Shown one piece after another: positions 51,650-61,585 of a DNA stretch of 64,000 nucleotides. The notes beneath the pieces are model-generated. The model saw nothing but the letters and a program-made list of their open reading frames with translations. It had not been told where the DNA came from and ran no database searches. The position numbers were made by a program, and so were the translations under genes. Position 1 is the first letter of the stretch, and each line of letters begins with the position of its first letter. Source of the DNA: an uncultured Parabacteroides sp. (GTDB lineage Bacteria; Bacteroidota; Bacteroidia; Bacteroidales; Tannerellaceae); assembly GCA_944326775.1 (NCBI GenBank), contig CALVFH010000001.1:402-64401 (forward strand), read 5' to 3'.

Positions 51650-53827
51650 TTATCTTAAAGTTAAAACAATAGTCTGTCCTTTCACAATGCGTTGCCCGGG
51701 CAAGATACTTTGCGATCTGACACGCCCGATGCCCTGAATGCGCGTCCGCAATCCAAGACTTTCCAACAGATACACCGCATCTTTAGCTCCCATTCCAACG
51801 ACACGCGGCACTAATCCTTGCCGCAATGTCAAATCTTCAATGTCTAATTGGCGTGAAGCGGTATCTGCCTTAGCATATACCCATTGTTCCTGTTTCAAGC
51901 TATCTGTATTTATATTAATATCCAATTCATCCAATACAGAGACTAACGCTCCATAATCGCCCGATTTTGCTGACGGCAGCAGAACCGCCGTCGAATCTGG
52001 TTGCATATCTTCCACATTGATACGAACATGGCTGGCATAAATCTTCTCGGCTATTGTTTTTACAACTCCACCCGACATCGTGCCTCCTGAAGGATAGCCA
52101 ATCCGAGGTTGCCGAATCACTACGATACAGGTATATTCCGGTTTATCAGCCGGGAAATACCCACAAAATGCAACCTGATGCCCGGCTCGGCGATATACAC
52201 CCCCCGAAGCAATTTGAGCAGTTCCTGTCTTTCCGGCAATCCGGACAATATCTGAATGCACCGCTTTTCCAGTTCCTTTTTCAACAACCCCCAACAACAT
52301 ATCCTTAATAATAGCCAAAGTTTGTTCCGAACAAATTGAAGGATTAATTACTTCCGTCGAAAAACGTTTCACTACTTTCCCATTGTTCAAAATTTCTTTG
52401 GTAAACATTGGACGCACCATTTTCCCATTATTGGCTATCGCATTGTAAAAAGCGAGTGTATATATAGGAGGAATCTGGGTTTCATAACCAAAAGACATCC
52501 AAGGCAGCGTAGTTTTGGACCAATAAAGCGTCGTGTCGTCAGGACGACGAATCTTAGCCCGACCCGCACCGGGAATCTCCAAATGCAAATCTTTCGTCAA
52601 CCCAATACGATAAAGCCCTTCCACATATTTTGTCGGATTATGCTCATAACCTTTAAGAATAATCTTAGCCACGCCAATATTAGAAGAATACCAAATAGCT
52701 TGCTCTGCTGTAATCTTATGATATCCTCCCCTATTATTATTATGGTCGGTCATGCGAGCGCCTTTATACATAAAAATACCATTGCCCACATCCACCGTAT
52801 CACCCGGCAAACAAACCCCATCTTCCAAAGCGACCATCATTGAAGCTACCTTAAATGTTGAACCTGGCTCGGTTTCATCCGCCACAGCATGGTTCTTTGT
52901 TTCGGCATACACGCCTTCCCGCAAACGAGCCATATTCGTAATCGCCTTGATTTCTCCGGTTTTCACCTCCATTACAACGGCTGTTCCTGAAGCTGCATCA
53001 ATTTTCTTCAGCATATCTACCAGCGATTTTTCCGTAATATCCTGGATATTGATATCGATTGTCGAGCGGATATCCATACCATCAATCGGTTCAACCTCCG
53101 TTACGTTAGTCCATCGTCCACCGATACGTTTAACAGAACTAAGTCCCGGTACACCACGCAACAAAGAATCATATTGCAATTCCAAACCATTCTTACCCTT
53201 CGAAACACCCGTTGAATCAATTTCCCCGTAAATATCCCCAATCGTACGTGAAGCCAAAGAGCCAAACGGTTTTTCACGTTGCACCATCTCTTTGACATAA
53301 AAGCCATTCTTATATTTATTCAACCGGAGAAAAGGGAAGTTCCGAATTTCTTTTAAATCGGAATAAGAAATCTTATGAGTAATCACCGGAAACTGGCGAC
53401 TTTTCGAGGCATATCCTCGACGCAAATAGGATTTATATCCGGCAGGCGTCCGATCTTTAAATTTATGTGACAAACAAATAGCCAAGGAATCTAATCCATT
53501 GCTCTTGTCCTTGAAGAATACATCTTTTAAAAAGCCATCAGCGCGAAAGTCTATATAAGTATAATAACGAGGCACACTGGTTGCCATAAGCTTTCCGTCG
53601 CAAGAATAAATATTCCCGCGCCCAGGCAAAATCAAGCGGTTTGGTTTTTCCTGCTCTTTAGCAATCCCCAGCCAATAACTCTTGTCAACAAACATCACTT
53701 GGCAAGTTTTTCCGATAATCCCTATCAAGACAAGGACAAAAAGAAAAACTACACAATAATAGCGATATAAGATTTTCTGCCCGTTATCCGTCTGAGGTGC
53801 TTCTCTCGATTCATTTTCCTCTGCCAT
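51650..53827 (-). CDS. ftsI: Class B penicillin-binding protein with C-terminal PASTA domain
   Basis: RGNIYS, EPGSTFK (SxxK), SSN, KTGT, PASTA VPRVVGM. Confidence 0.93.
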   Translation of the reverse strand: MAEENESREAPQTDNGQKILYRYYCVVFLFVLVLIGIIGKTCQVMFVDKSYWLGIAKEQEKPNRLILPGRGNIYSCDGKLMATSVPRYYTYIDFRADGFLKDVFFKDKSNGLDSLAICLSHKFKDRTPAGYKSYLRRGYASKSRQFPVITHKISYSDLKEIRNFPFLRLNKYKNGFYVKEMVQREKPFGSLASRTIGDIYGEIDSTGVSKGKNGLELQYDSLLRGVPGLSSVKRIGGRWTNVTEVEPIDGMDIRSTIDINIQDITEKSLVDMLKKIDAASGTAVVMEVKTGEIKAITNMARLREGVYAETKNHAVADETEPGSTFKVASMMVALEDGVCLPGDTVDVGNGIFMYKGARMTDHNNNRGGYHKITAEQAIWYSSNIGVAKIILKGYEHNPTKYVEGLYRIGLTKDLHLEIPGAGRAKIRRPDDTTLYWSKTTLPWMSFGYETQIPPIYTLAFYNAIANNGKMVRPMFTKEILNNGKVVKRFSTEVINPSICSEQTLAIIKDMLLGVVEKGTGKAVHSDIVRIAGKTGTAQIASGGVYRRAGHQVAFCGYFPADKPEYTCIVVIRQPRIGYPSGGTMSGGVVKTIAEKIYASHVRINVEDMQPDSTAVLLPSAKSGDYGALVSVLDELDININTDSLKQEQWVYAKADTASRQLDIEDLTLRQGLVPRVVGMGAKDAVYLLESLGLRTRIQGIGRVRSQSILPGQRIVKGQTIVLTLR

Positions 53828-53828
53828 C

Positions 53829-54182
53829 TTACTTATACAGTTCATATGGAGGAGTCTTAGCTCCTTCTAAATCGATACCTTGTTCTTCTATTAAAAGTTC
53901 TATCTGCGATTGACGGCTATGTCCCGTCAGTTCTGACGAAATAGATAATGCTTCAAAACGAACATCACGCAATTCCTGTTGCAAACGATCAATTTCTTTC
54001 AACTTCTGGTCACAAGTATAACGGTTCCCGATGAAGAAAAAAATCATACATACAATTAGAATAATCATTTTCGTATGTCTGACAATAAAATCTTCTTTCA
54101 GTACTCCGCCACCCAGAATATACCATACCGAAAAACGTCTTTGCTTTTTAGTTCCTTTTATCTGTTGCTTTTCCGTATTCAT
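53829..54182 (-). CDS. ftsL: FtsL-like cell division protein
   Basis: Single TM plus coiled coil between rsmH and ftsI. Confidence 0.8.
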   Translation of the reverse strand: MNTEKQQIKGTKKQRRFSVWYILGGGVLKEDFIVRHTKMIILIVCMIFFFIGNRYTCDQKLKEIDRLQQELRDVRFEALSISSELTGHSRQSQIELLIEEQGIDLEGAKTPPYELYK

Positions 54183-54186
54183 GACT

Positions 54187-55113
54187 TTAATCTACCTGTC
54201 GTTTTTCCGCTATCCGAAGTTTAGCACTTCGTGAACGCGGATTCCGTTCAATTTCTTCGGCCGACGGAACGATTACTTTTCCCGTCACCAGTTTGAATGG
54301 AGACTGCAGATTTCCAAACAAATCCTGCTCCACTTTTCCCTCAAAATTTCCTGTTTTCAAGAAATTTTTCACCAGCCGATCTTCCAACGAATGGTAAGTA
54401 ATAACCACCAACCACCCACCGGTTTTCAGCACGCGCAAACTTCCTTTCAGCATCTCTTGCAAAGCCCGCATTTCATCGTTTACCTCAATACGCAAGGCTT
54501 GAAAGACCTGAGCCAAAAATTTCTTTTCCTTGTCTCGACCGATAAACGGTGTCACAATTTCCAGCAAATCACTACTTGTCTCTATCTTTTTATTTGTCCG
54601 ATAAGCAGCTACGGCCGAAGCCAATTTCCGCGCATTCTTCAATTCTCCGTACAAATAAAAGATATCGGCCAGCTGTTCTTCCGAATAATCGTTCAGCACA
54701 TCGGCGGCTGTTTTTCCGGCTCGGGTATTCATCCGCATATCTAAGACTCCGTCAAAACGAAAAGAGAATCCACGGTCTTTGTCATCAAAGTGATGCGACG
54801 AGACACCCAAATCGGCCAACAAGGCATCCACATTGCCCATTTCACCATAGTAATGCATAAAATTGCAAAGGTAACGGAAATTGCTCCGCACAAATACGAA
54901 GCGCTCATCTTCGGGTATGTTCTGTTCTGCATCAGCATCCTGGTCGAAACCGTAGAGCACTCCATCAGGACCCAACCGATGCAAAATCTCCCGAGAATGA
55001 CCGCCACCGCCAAAAGTTACATCCACATACACACCGTCCGGCCGGATATTCATTCCTTCCAGACTTTCATGCAACAGGACAGGCACATGGTATTTCACTT
55101 CGCTTTTTTCCAT
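54187..55113 (-). CDS. rsmH: 16S rRNA m4C1402 methyltransferase
   Basis: HVPVLL, DVTFGGGGHS, DLGVSS, FQALRIEVN, YHSLEDR, NPRSRSAKLR. Confidence 0.97.
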   Translation of the reverse strand: MEKSEVKYHVPVLLHESLEGMNIRPDGVYVDVTFGGGGHSREILHRLGPDGVLYGFDQDADAEQNIPEDERFVFVRSNFRYLCNFMHYYGEMGNVDALLADLGVSSHHFDDKDRGFSFRFDGVLDMRMNTRAGKTAADVLNDYSEEQLADIFYLYGELKNARKLASAVAAYRTNKKIETSSDLLEIVTPFIGRDKEKKFLAQVFQALRIEVNDEMRALQEMLKGSLRVLKTGGWLVVITYHSLEDRLVKNFLKTGNFEGKVEQDLFGNLQSPFKLVTGKVIVPSAEEIERNPRSRSAKLRIAEKRQVD

Positions 55114-55153
55114 CTTTTACCTTACAAATCTAAACATCATCTAAATTAGAGGG

Positions 55154-55189
55154 TAAAATTACATATTTACCATACACCCGCCAACCAAA
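55154..55189 (-). promoter_or_regulatory. Likely dcw promoter directly upstream of rsmH
   Basis: TTTGGTTG region about 20 nt upstream of TAATTTTA (variant of TAnnTTTG). Confidence 0.5.
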
Positions 55190-55288
55190 TACGACCGAAA
55201 GTAAGAAAAAAGTTTTCAACAGGTGTTTGTTGTTTCTCATGTAAAGAAAATCGCACAAAAAAGCGACCGTTTTTCAAAAAAGAAGTGG

Positions 55289-56386
55289 CTATCGGGCCAC
55301 CGAACGATAGACCTCTAAGGTCTCTCGAACCGTTTTTTCCCAAGAATAAAGAGCAAGACGTTCCCTTCCCAAACGGACCAAGCGATTCCGTAAAGCATCA
55401 TTTCGCAACAAACCATCTATTACCGAAACCATATCCTCTGGCGACTCTGGATTAAAATAAGCGCCTGCTTCACCGGCTATCTCCGGGAAACAACTGGCAC
55501 GGCTCAACGCCACAGGACAATCATTGGTATATGCTTCCAAAATAGGGAATCCAAATCCTTCATACAAAGAGGGATATACAAAGACAAGCGCTTGGCGATA
55601 AAGTTGGCTCAACGCTTCGTCGCTAACCGAATAATGACGAATCCGTGAAGCTAATCCCAACTCCCGGAAACGCTCCAGCTCAGCTTTTCGAAAAGCTTTC
55701 CCAACACAAAGCAAATATAATTCGGGATATTCAGCTGACAGTTGACAATAAGCATCCAAGAAACGATTGAAATTCTTATATCCATGTCGGTCTCCAACAA
55801 ATAGCAAATAATGCTCCGGCAATGACAAACCCGTATAAGTGCTACGTATCGCACTTGTTCCATGATAAACCACAGAAATCCGTTCCGGAGGTATTTGAAG
55901 CAGACGGACGATATCCGCTTTGGTGTTTTCGCTAATCGCAATGATATGATCGGCCTGGCGAATCGTCTCCGATTTCCAAGTCTTCATTGTCTCTGCATTA
56001 CCGAAATATTGGGGAAACAATTCATGCGTCATGTCATGAACCGTAATGACATAAGGTTTTCCGGAAAGATACGGCAAAAAATAGGGGTTGTAATATGTCG
56101 GATGAAAAACTTGAAAGCGACCTTGCTTCAAAGCACGAATTGATATCTCTTCGTTATATTTCTTCACAACGCCCTTGAACCATTTATACGGACGCTCCGG
56201 CAAATAGAATCCAGCCTCTTTTCGAATTACCGGATCAGCATGAAGATAATAGTTGGTCGAGACTCCCAGTGACAACCGGGTGTCCGCGCCAAGGCAACGC
56301 CTCAATTCATAAAAATAACGTGAGATACCTCCAAAACGTTGCATCTCGAAGGCTTGATGGTCGTATAATATGTCGGGTATATCCAT
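55289..56386 (-). CDS. GT4 (group 1) glycosyltransferase
   Basis: FGGISRY, TVHD, AISENTK, PSLYEGFGFPILEA. Confidence 0.92.
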   Translation of the reverse strand: MDIPDILYDHQAFEMQRFGGISRYFYELRRCLGADTRLSLGVSTNYYLHADPVIRKEAGFYLPERPYKWFKGVVKKYNEEISIRALKQGRFQVFHPTYYNPYFLPYLSGKPYVITVHDMTHELFPQYFGNAETMKTWKSETIRQADHIIAISENTKADIVRLLQIPPERISVVYHGTSAIRSTYTGLSLPEHYLLFVGDRHGYKNFNRFLDAYCQLSAEYPELYLLCVGKAFRKAELERFRELGLASRIRHYSVSDEALSQLYRQALVFVYPSLYEGFGFPILEAYTNDCPVALSRASCFPEIAGEAGAYFNPESPEDMVSVIDGLLRNDALRNRLVRLGRERLALYSWEKTVRETLEVYRSVAR

Positions 56387-56390
56387 ACAC

Positions 56391-57218
56391 TTACGGTTTA
56401 GATTGTCTGTGCTTTACGATTCTCTGGTAATTCCGTTTCCTGATAGAACGGACATATTTCTGAGGCAAGAGTTTCTGCAATCCGTCTTTCAAATGGACAC
56501 GCAATGATTTGAATACAAACCAAAGCTTCCATCGCCAGGTTTGCTCCACTCCGTGAATACGGGCATACTCCCGATTCACCTGCAAGCGATTCTTCGACGA
56601 TGCTCCTTCTTCCGACTCAAAACAAGCAATGAGCCGGTCGGCATAATCAAACTTTCCATTCCGCTGATAGTATTGGTAAAAGAAATCATAGTCCGCGGCA
56701 TACGGATAAGCCAAGTCAAACGGATGCGCCTTCATCTCACCCGTCCGGACAAATACAGACTGATGACAAAAAGGCATCTTCTTCCGCATATAATCCAAGG
56801 GTTTAGGCTGCATCACCACGGAACCGAACGAAAGGCGTAATTCTGTTTTCCCATAGACAACACCGGTTTCGGCCGGATAATCTTTGGCAAAAAGATCGGT
56901 CAGTACCTCCGGATCATGAAAACCATCACCTGCATTCATGAAATTAATCCATTCGCCCGTTGCCATGCGGATGCCTTTATTCATGGCGTCGTAGATTCCT
57001 CCGTCCGGCTCGCTCTGCCAACGGAAACGGATGCAGCGCTGCAGAAACTTCTCTTCCCATTCCCGGATAAGCGCCACCGTACGGTCGGAAGAGGCTCCAT
57101 CAATCAGGATATATTCCATATTCGGATATGTCTGCTGAAATACGCTCTCCATCGTCGGGACGATGCTGGTTTCCGCATTATAACAAACCGTAATGATGGT
57201 GACCAAAGGTTGTGTCAT
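56391..57218 (-). CDS. GT2 glycosyltransferase
   Basis: TIITVCYNA, IDGASSD, SEPDGGIYDAMNKG, FMNAGD; ATG at 57218 overlaps the upstream stop. Confidence 0.9.
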   Translation of the reverse strand: MTQPLVTIITVCYNAETSIVPTMESVFQQTYPNMEYILIDGASSDRTVALIREWEEKFLQRCIRFRWQSEPDGGIYDAMNKGIRMATGEWINFMNAGDGFHDPEVLTDLFAKDYPAETGVVYGKTELRLSFGSVVMQPKPLDYMRKKMPFCHQSVFVRTGEMKAHPFDLAYPYAADYDFFYQYYQRNGKFDYADRLIACFESEEGASSKNRLQVNREYARIHGVEQTWRWKLWFVFKSLRVHLKDGLQKLLPQKYVRSIRKRNYQRIVKHRQSKP

Positions 57219-58693
57219 CGTTTTTTCCTCCTTTCTTCCTCCTCCCGGATATTCCGACGCATCAGGCGGAAACACGATTCCGCATCGAAACCCCGCTCCC
57301 TTGCGTAGGTATCAGCCAGCACCTTCAGCATCCGGTCCGGGCAAGAAAGACGCTCGAAATTCCGACAACCCTTTTCCATCCCGACCTGCCCGAACGACAT
57401 CCGGTTCAAGTCAATCAGTTCGACTTCTATTTCAGGCATGTCATCGCGAAAGAGAATATTCCCGGCGGAATAATCGCGGTGCAAGAATCCGTGTTCATGC
57501 ATCCGGGCCGTAACGACTGCAATCGCCTCCAGAATCTCCCGTTCCCGGGGGAATGTTTTTTCCCGCAAATCGCAGAAGGTATAAGGACAAGCCGATTTCT
57601 CCGAAACAAAATAGCTCTTTGCCATCAACAAACCTATGCTTTCGCTCACGTAACCCACAGGTTTAGGCGAACCAATCCCATTCTTCCTCAACAGCAGGGC
57701 ATATTCATACGCCCGGACAGCTTTCGATTTCCGGAACCAGGTATAGGCAATACGATTTATCCAATGGGGCTTCTGATAAGACTTTACGATAAGGTTCTTG
57801 CCGGCTATCAGATACTCGCGCAACTCGTTCCGCCCTTTGTAAATCACGGTTCCCGAGGTGCTGAACGTCTGCGGCAAGGCATAAACGAATGAAGCCAACG
57901 CCCCATAACCTTCTGCCACCTTAAACGTATGGGGATGGACTATCCGGGAAAGCCGGTTGACAAGCCGAGACCACGAACGCCGATAGCGCAACGGCCCTCC
58001 CAGCTCCCGCTCGAAAAACTCCGGATGCCTGCGGTTCAACGTATCGACCACATGGCGTTTCAAAGCACGGTCGCTAACCCTTTTGGACCGAGGGCGCACC
58101 CGGTAATACAGTCCGGTTTCCGGTAAACGCACAACTTCGCCCCCGTCTTTCAGCATCGCAATCCAGAATTCCCAATCCTCGCGGGCGATAATCTCCTCGC
58201 AATACCCGCCTACCCGCTCCCAGTCCGCCCGGCGATACAACGCGCAAGTGTCCATCATATTCTTCCGGGCCAGCAGCGACAAGGAGAAAGGCGGTAGCTT
58301 CCACTCCCCCTGCCGTGCGCCGAAGAACTCAGCCCGGCACGAGACCACCTTCACCTCCGGACGGGCCTCAATCACCCGAACCGCCGAAGAAATAAAGTCC
58401 GGAGCAATGCGATTATCGGCATCGACCGGGAGAATATACACTCCTTTCGCCTCACGAATCGCCCGGTTGCGTGCCACACAAACTCCCCCGTTCGGCTGCG
58501 TGAACACCCGGACATTCGGATGCCGTTCGGCATAGCGCCGGGCAAGCTCCAGCGAACCGTCGCGCGAGCCATCGTCCATCACAACCACTTCGAGGGCCGG
58601 ATAATCCGATGCCAAGACCGAATCAAGCGTTTCCGCCAGATAAGCTTCCATGTTATAGACCGGAATAACTACCGATACCAAAGGTTCCGCCAT
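57215..58693 (-). CDS. GT2 glycosyltransferase fused to an LPS-kinase (Kdo/WaaP/InaA-like) domain
   Basis: N-terminal VSVVIPVYN, DDGSRD, ARNR, DADN, EDWEFW; C-terminal VKSY, HRDYSAGNIL, LIDLNRM. Confidence 0.82.
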   Translation of the reverse strand: MAEPLVSVVIPVYNMEAYLAETLDSVLASDYPALEVVVMDDGSRDGSLELARRYAERHPNVRVFTQPNGGVCVARNRAIREAKGVYILPVDADNRIAPDFISSAVRVIEARPEVKVVSCRAEFFGARQGEWKLPPFSLSLLARKNMMDTCALYRRADWERVGGYCEEIIAREDWEFWIAMLKDGGEVVRLPETGLYYRVRPRSKRVSDRALKRHVVDTLNRRHPEFFERELGGPLRYRRSWSRLVNRLSRIVHPHTFKVAEGYGALASFVYALPQTFSTSGTVIYKGRNELREYLIAGKNLIVKSYQKPHWINRIAYTWFRKSKAVRAYEYALLLRKNGIGSPKPVGYVSESIGLLMAKSYFVSEKSACPYTFCDLREKTFPREREILEAIAVVTARMHEHGFLHRDYSAGNILFRDDMPEIEVELIDLNRMSFGQVGMEKGCRNFERLSCPDRMLKVLADTYARERGFDAESCFRLMRRNIREEEERRKKR

Positions 58694-58699
58694 AGCTTT

Positions 58700-59416
58700 T
58701 CAGATTTTATCGCGACCTTTCGTCAGCTTCAGCCAATAATACTTCAACGGATTCGTATATTTCAGTTGCTTCCAGGGACGGCTCCCGTGCGGACGATGCC
58801 ATACAGGCAGATTGGTAAAGAGATAGTTCGTCAGACCGGCTTCGAGCGAACGGTGCGAAATCGTCACGTCGTGCCAACTCTTCGAGGCATCGAGCTGATG
58901 GAAATCCACGGCCCGCAGCAAGCCCGGCGTAAGGAGCGAACAGCAGAAGCTCAGGTGCTTCTTCTCGGCGAAAGCCTGATTTTCCTTCCCTTTGGCATAC
59001 AGATAGGGATAGTTGATATTCCCCGCCTCATCGACGGTTACCGAAGCCGCAATCCCGCAATCCGGACGCGCCGCCGCCCCGTCGAAAAGCCCTTGCAGAG
59101 TATCGGGCCGCACGACGACATCCGACTCCACGATAGCCAGAGCCGCATCCGCCCTCAGCGCGCGCTCCTGAGCCAGTTGTAAGACCAGCAGATAGTTCGG
59201 CGAGGGATGCGTCGTCAGGTCGGAAAGATGAATCAGTTCGAAAGGCGCCTCCTGCGCAGCCTTTTTCAGCCGCGCCCGCGTCTCATCCGTACTGAAATCA
59301 TCATAGACAAAATAAGTATGGGGTACCGTAATGCGGGAAGCCGCAATGGCTGCAATCGTTTCCAGTGTCAGCTCCACCGAATCCTTAACGGGCGTAATAA
59401 TATGCAATTCCTTCAT
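58700..59416 (-). CDS. GT2-fold glycosyltransferase
   Basis: HIITPVKD, YDDFS, VESDV; TATCTTTG at 59439-59446 supports the start at MKELH. Confidence 0.78.
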   Translation of the reverse strand: MKELHIITPVKDSVELTLETIAAIAASRITVPHTYFVYDDFSTDETRARLKKAAQEAPFELIHLSDLTTHPSPNYLLVLQLAQERALRADAALAIVESDVVVRPDTLQGLFDGAAARPDCGIAASVTVDEAGNINYPYLYAKGKENQAFAEKKHLSFCCSLLTPGLLRAVDFHQLDASKSWHDVTISHRSLEAGLTNYLFTNLPVWHRPHGSRPWKQLKYTNPLKYYWLKLTKGRDKI

Positions 59417-59438
59417 CGTTTTTTGCTCTTTGGGATTG

Positions 59439-59499
59439 CAAAGATAGAGAAATTCAGTGTAAATGAGGCCTTGGGAAAAAACCGGATTTTGTAATTTTG
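59439..59499. promoter_or_regulatory. Divergent promoters for the GT cluster (minus) and cstA (plus)
   Basis: TATCTTTG on minus at 59439-59446; TAATTTTG on plus at 59492-59499. Confidence 0.6.
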
Positions 59500-59536
59500 C
59501 AGCAATTCCTATATATTCATACAAATAACAGACACA

Positions 59537-60979
59537 ATGATCACATTTACATTAAGTTTGCTGGCACTTGTGGTTGGCTATATGCTCTACGGGCGTGTGG
59601 TTGAACGTATTTTCGCTCCCGACGACCGGCCAACGCCAGCCATCAGCATGGCAGACGGCGTCGATTACGTCGTCCTGCCGGGTTGGAAAATCTTCATGAT
59701 TCAATTTCTCAACATTGCAGGCACCGGCCCTATCTTCGGAGCCATCATGGGCGCGATGTTCGGTCCGTCGGCCTATCTGTGGATTGTCTTCGGGTGCATT
59801 TTCGCCGGAGCGGTCCATGATTACCTCAGTGGCATGCTCTCGATGCGTCATGGCGGGGCGGGATTACCCGACCTGATAGGCCACTACCTCGGTCTCCGTA
59901 CCAAACGGGTCATGCTGGTCTTCTCCGTATTCCTGTTGCTGATGGTCGGAGCCGTGTTTGTCTATAGCCCGGCACTTATCCTCGGCCGTCTGTGCGGCGA
60001 ATCGCTCAACTGGGTTTATTTCTGGTGTGTCGTGATCTTCATCTATTACTTCCTGGCGACGATGCTCCCCATCGACAAGATCATCGGACGCATCTACCCG
60101 CTGTTTGCCATTGCCATGCTCTTCATGGCCGTCGCGCTGATGGTGGTTCTCTTCCTCAAATGGCCGTCGCTCCCCGAGCTGACCGACGGGCTGAAGAACA
60201 TGCACCCCGCGTCCGGCCCCATCTTCCCCTGCCTGTTCATCACCATCGCCTGCGGAGCCATCAGCGGATTCCACGCCACACAAAGTCCGCTCATGGCCCG
60301 CTGCATGAAGAGCGAGCGCCAGGGTCGTCCGCTGTTCTACGGTGCGATGATCACGGAAGGCGTTGTCGCGCTGATCTGGGCCACCGTCTCCAGCTACTTT
60401 TTCTACGGAGGCGCAGCAGCCGAACTGGGCGTGCCAGCCACGCTCCAGGCTCCGGAGGTCGTTTCCACCGTCTCGCAAGGCTGGTTAGGCACGTTTGGCG
60501 GCGCTTTGGCCCTGCTGGGAGTCGTGGCCGCCCCGATTACCAGCGGCGACACCGCCCTGCGCAGTGCCCGCCTGATTATCGCCGAGTTCCTCCACCTGGA
60601 GCAGCACTCCATCCGCAAGCGGATTTACATCTGCATCCCCGTCTTCGGCGTAACCCTGCTCCTGCTGTGGTACAACATAGCCGACGCCGACGGGTTCAAC
60701 GTGGTGTGGAGCTATTTCGGTTGGGCCAACCAGACGCTCGCGGTCTTCACGCTCTGGGCCGTCACGGTCTATCTCGTCCGGAAGAAGAAACCGTTCGTGA
60801 TTACGCTGGTGCCCGCCTTGTTCATGACGTCGGTATGCACATCCTTCCTGCTGATTTCCGACAACGTGTTCGGGTTGCCTGCCGTCGTGGGCTACATCAC
60901 GGCTGCCGTGGTATTCGTGCTCTCCGGCGGGTTGTTTGCCCTCTGGTACCGGAGAAACAAGGCCTACAGCCGTCCGTAG
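59537..60979 (+). CDS. cstA: Carbon starvation CstA family transporter
   Basis: DGVDY, IAGTGPIFG, GAVHDY, ACGAISGFHA, TSGDTALRSAR, FGWANQTL. Confidence 0.92.
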   Translation: MITFTLSLLALVVGYMLYGRVVERIFAPDDRPTPAISMADGVDYVVLPGWKIFMIQFLNIAGTGPIFGAIMGAMFGPSAYLWIVFGCIFAGAVHDYLSGMLSMRHGGAGLPDLIGHYLGLRTKRVMLVFSVFLLLMVGAVFVYSPALILGRLCGESLNWVYFWCVVIFIYYFLATMLPIDKIIGRIYPLFAIAMLFMAVALMVVLFLKWPSLPELTDGLKNMHPASGPIFPCLFITIACGAISGFHATQSPLMARCMKSERQGRPLFYGAMITEGVVALIWATVSSYFFYGGAAAELGVPATLQAPEVVSTVSQGWLGTFGGALALLGVVAAPITSGDTALRSARLIIAEFLHLEQHSIRKRIYICIPVFGVTLLLLWYNIADADGFNVVWSYFGWANQTLAVFTLWAVTVYLVRKKKPFVITLVPALFMTSVCTSFLLISDNVFGLPAVVGYITAAVVFVLSGGLFALWYRRNKAYSRP

Positions 60980-61084
60980 TGCGGAATTTTCGCCCCTCCG
61001 ATGCAGCAAATCGGCTCGAATACGCATCTTTACACATAGACGAAGTTCTGTGAAGTGAATCATACAACCATAAACATACGTATC

Positions 61085-61585
61085 ATGAAAAAAAGCAAGT
61101 CAACAACCGTCCGCGTGCTCTCCAGCCTCCTTGCGATGCTGGGGTTTGCCGCCTGCGGCGACGATTCGTCCGACGACTGGGACGACATCCCGGTCGAATA
61201 CGGCACGCCGACCTACTCTTTCCAGGTGAAAGGGCAAGTTACCGACCCGCAAGGAAGCCCCATCAATGGCATCCGAGTCATCGTCAGGTCTCCGTACGGG
61301 TCTTATTACAATATAGATGAAGAGCGCCCAGTCTCCGCCGACACCATCTACACCGACGGCAGCGGAAACTACACCTCCCACAACCTCTTCGGCGACACCC
61401 TCCGGGGCAAGCTCTACTTCGAAGACCCCGACAGCACGGCCAACGGCGGTGCTTTCCGCACGGACTCCCTCGATTTGAATAACCTCGAGCCTCAGCAGAT
61501 TGCCGAAGGCGAAGGCTGGCACCAAGGCAGCTTCGAGCTGACCGCCAACAAACAACTTTCAATAGACAAACAGCATGACGAATAA
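61085..61585 (+). CDS. Radical SAM-associated putative lipoprotein 1 (TIGR04134-like)
   Basis: Lipobox LGFAAC, acidic linker, EYGTPT, QVKGQVTD, FEDPDSTANG. Confidence 0.8.
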   Translation: MKKSKSTTVRVLSSLLAMLGFAACGDDSSDDWDDIPVEYGTPTYSFQVKGQVTDPQGSPINGIRVIVRSPYGSYYNIDEERPVSADTIYTDGSGNYTSHNLFGDTLRGKLYFEDPDSTANGGAFRTDSLDLNNLEPQQIAEGEGWHQGSFELTANKQLSIDKQHDE

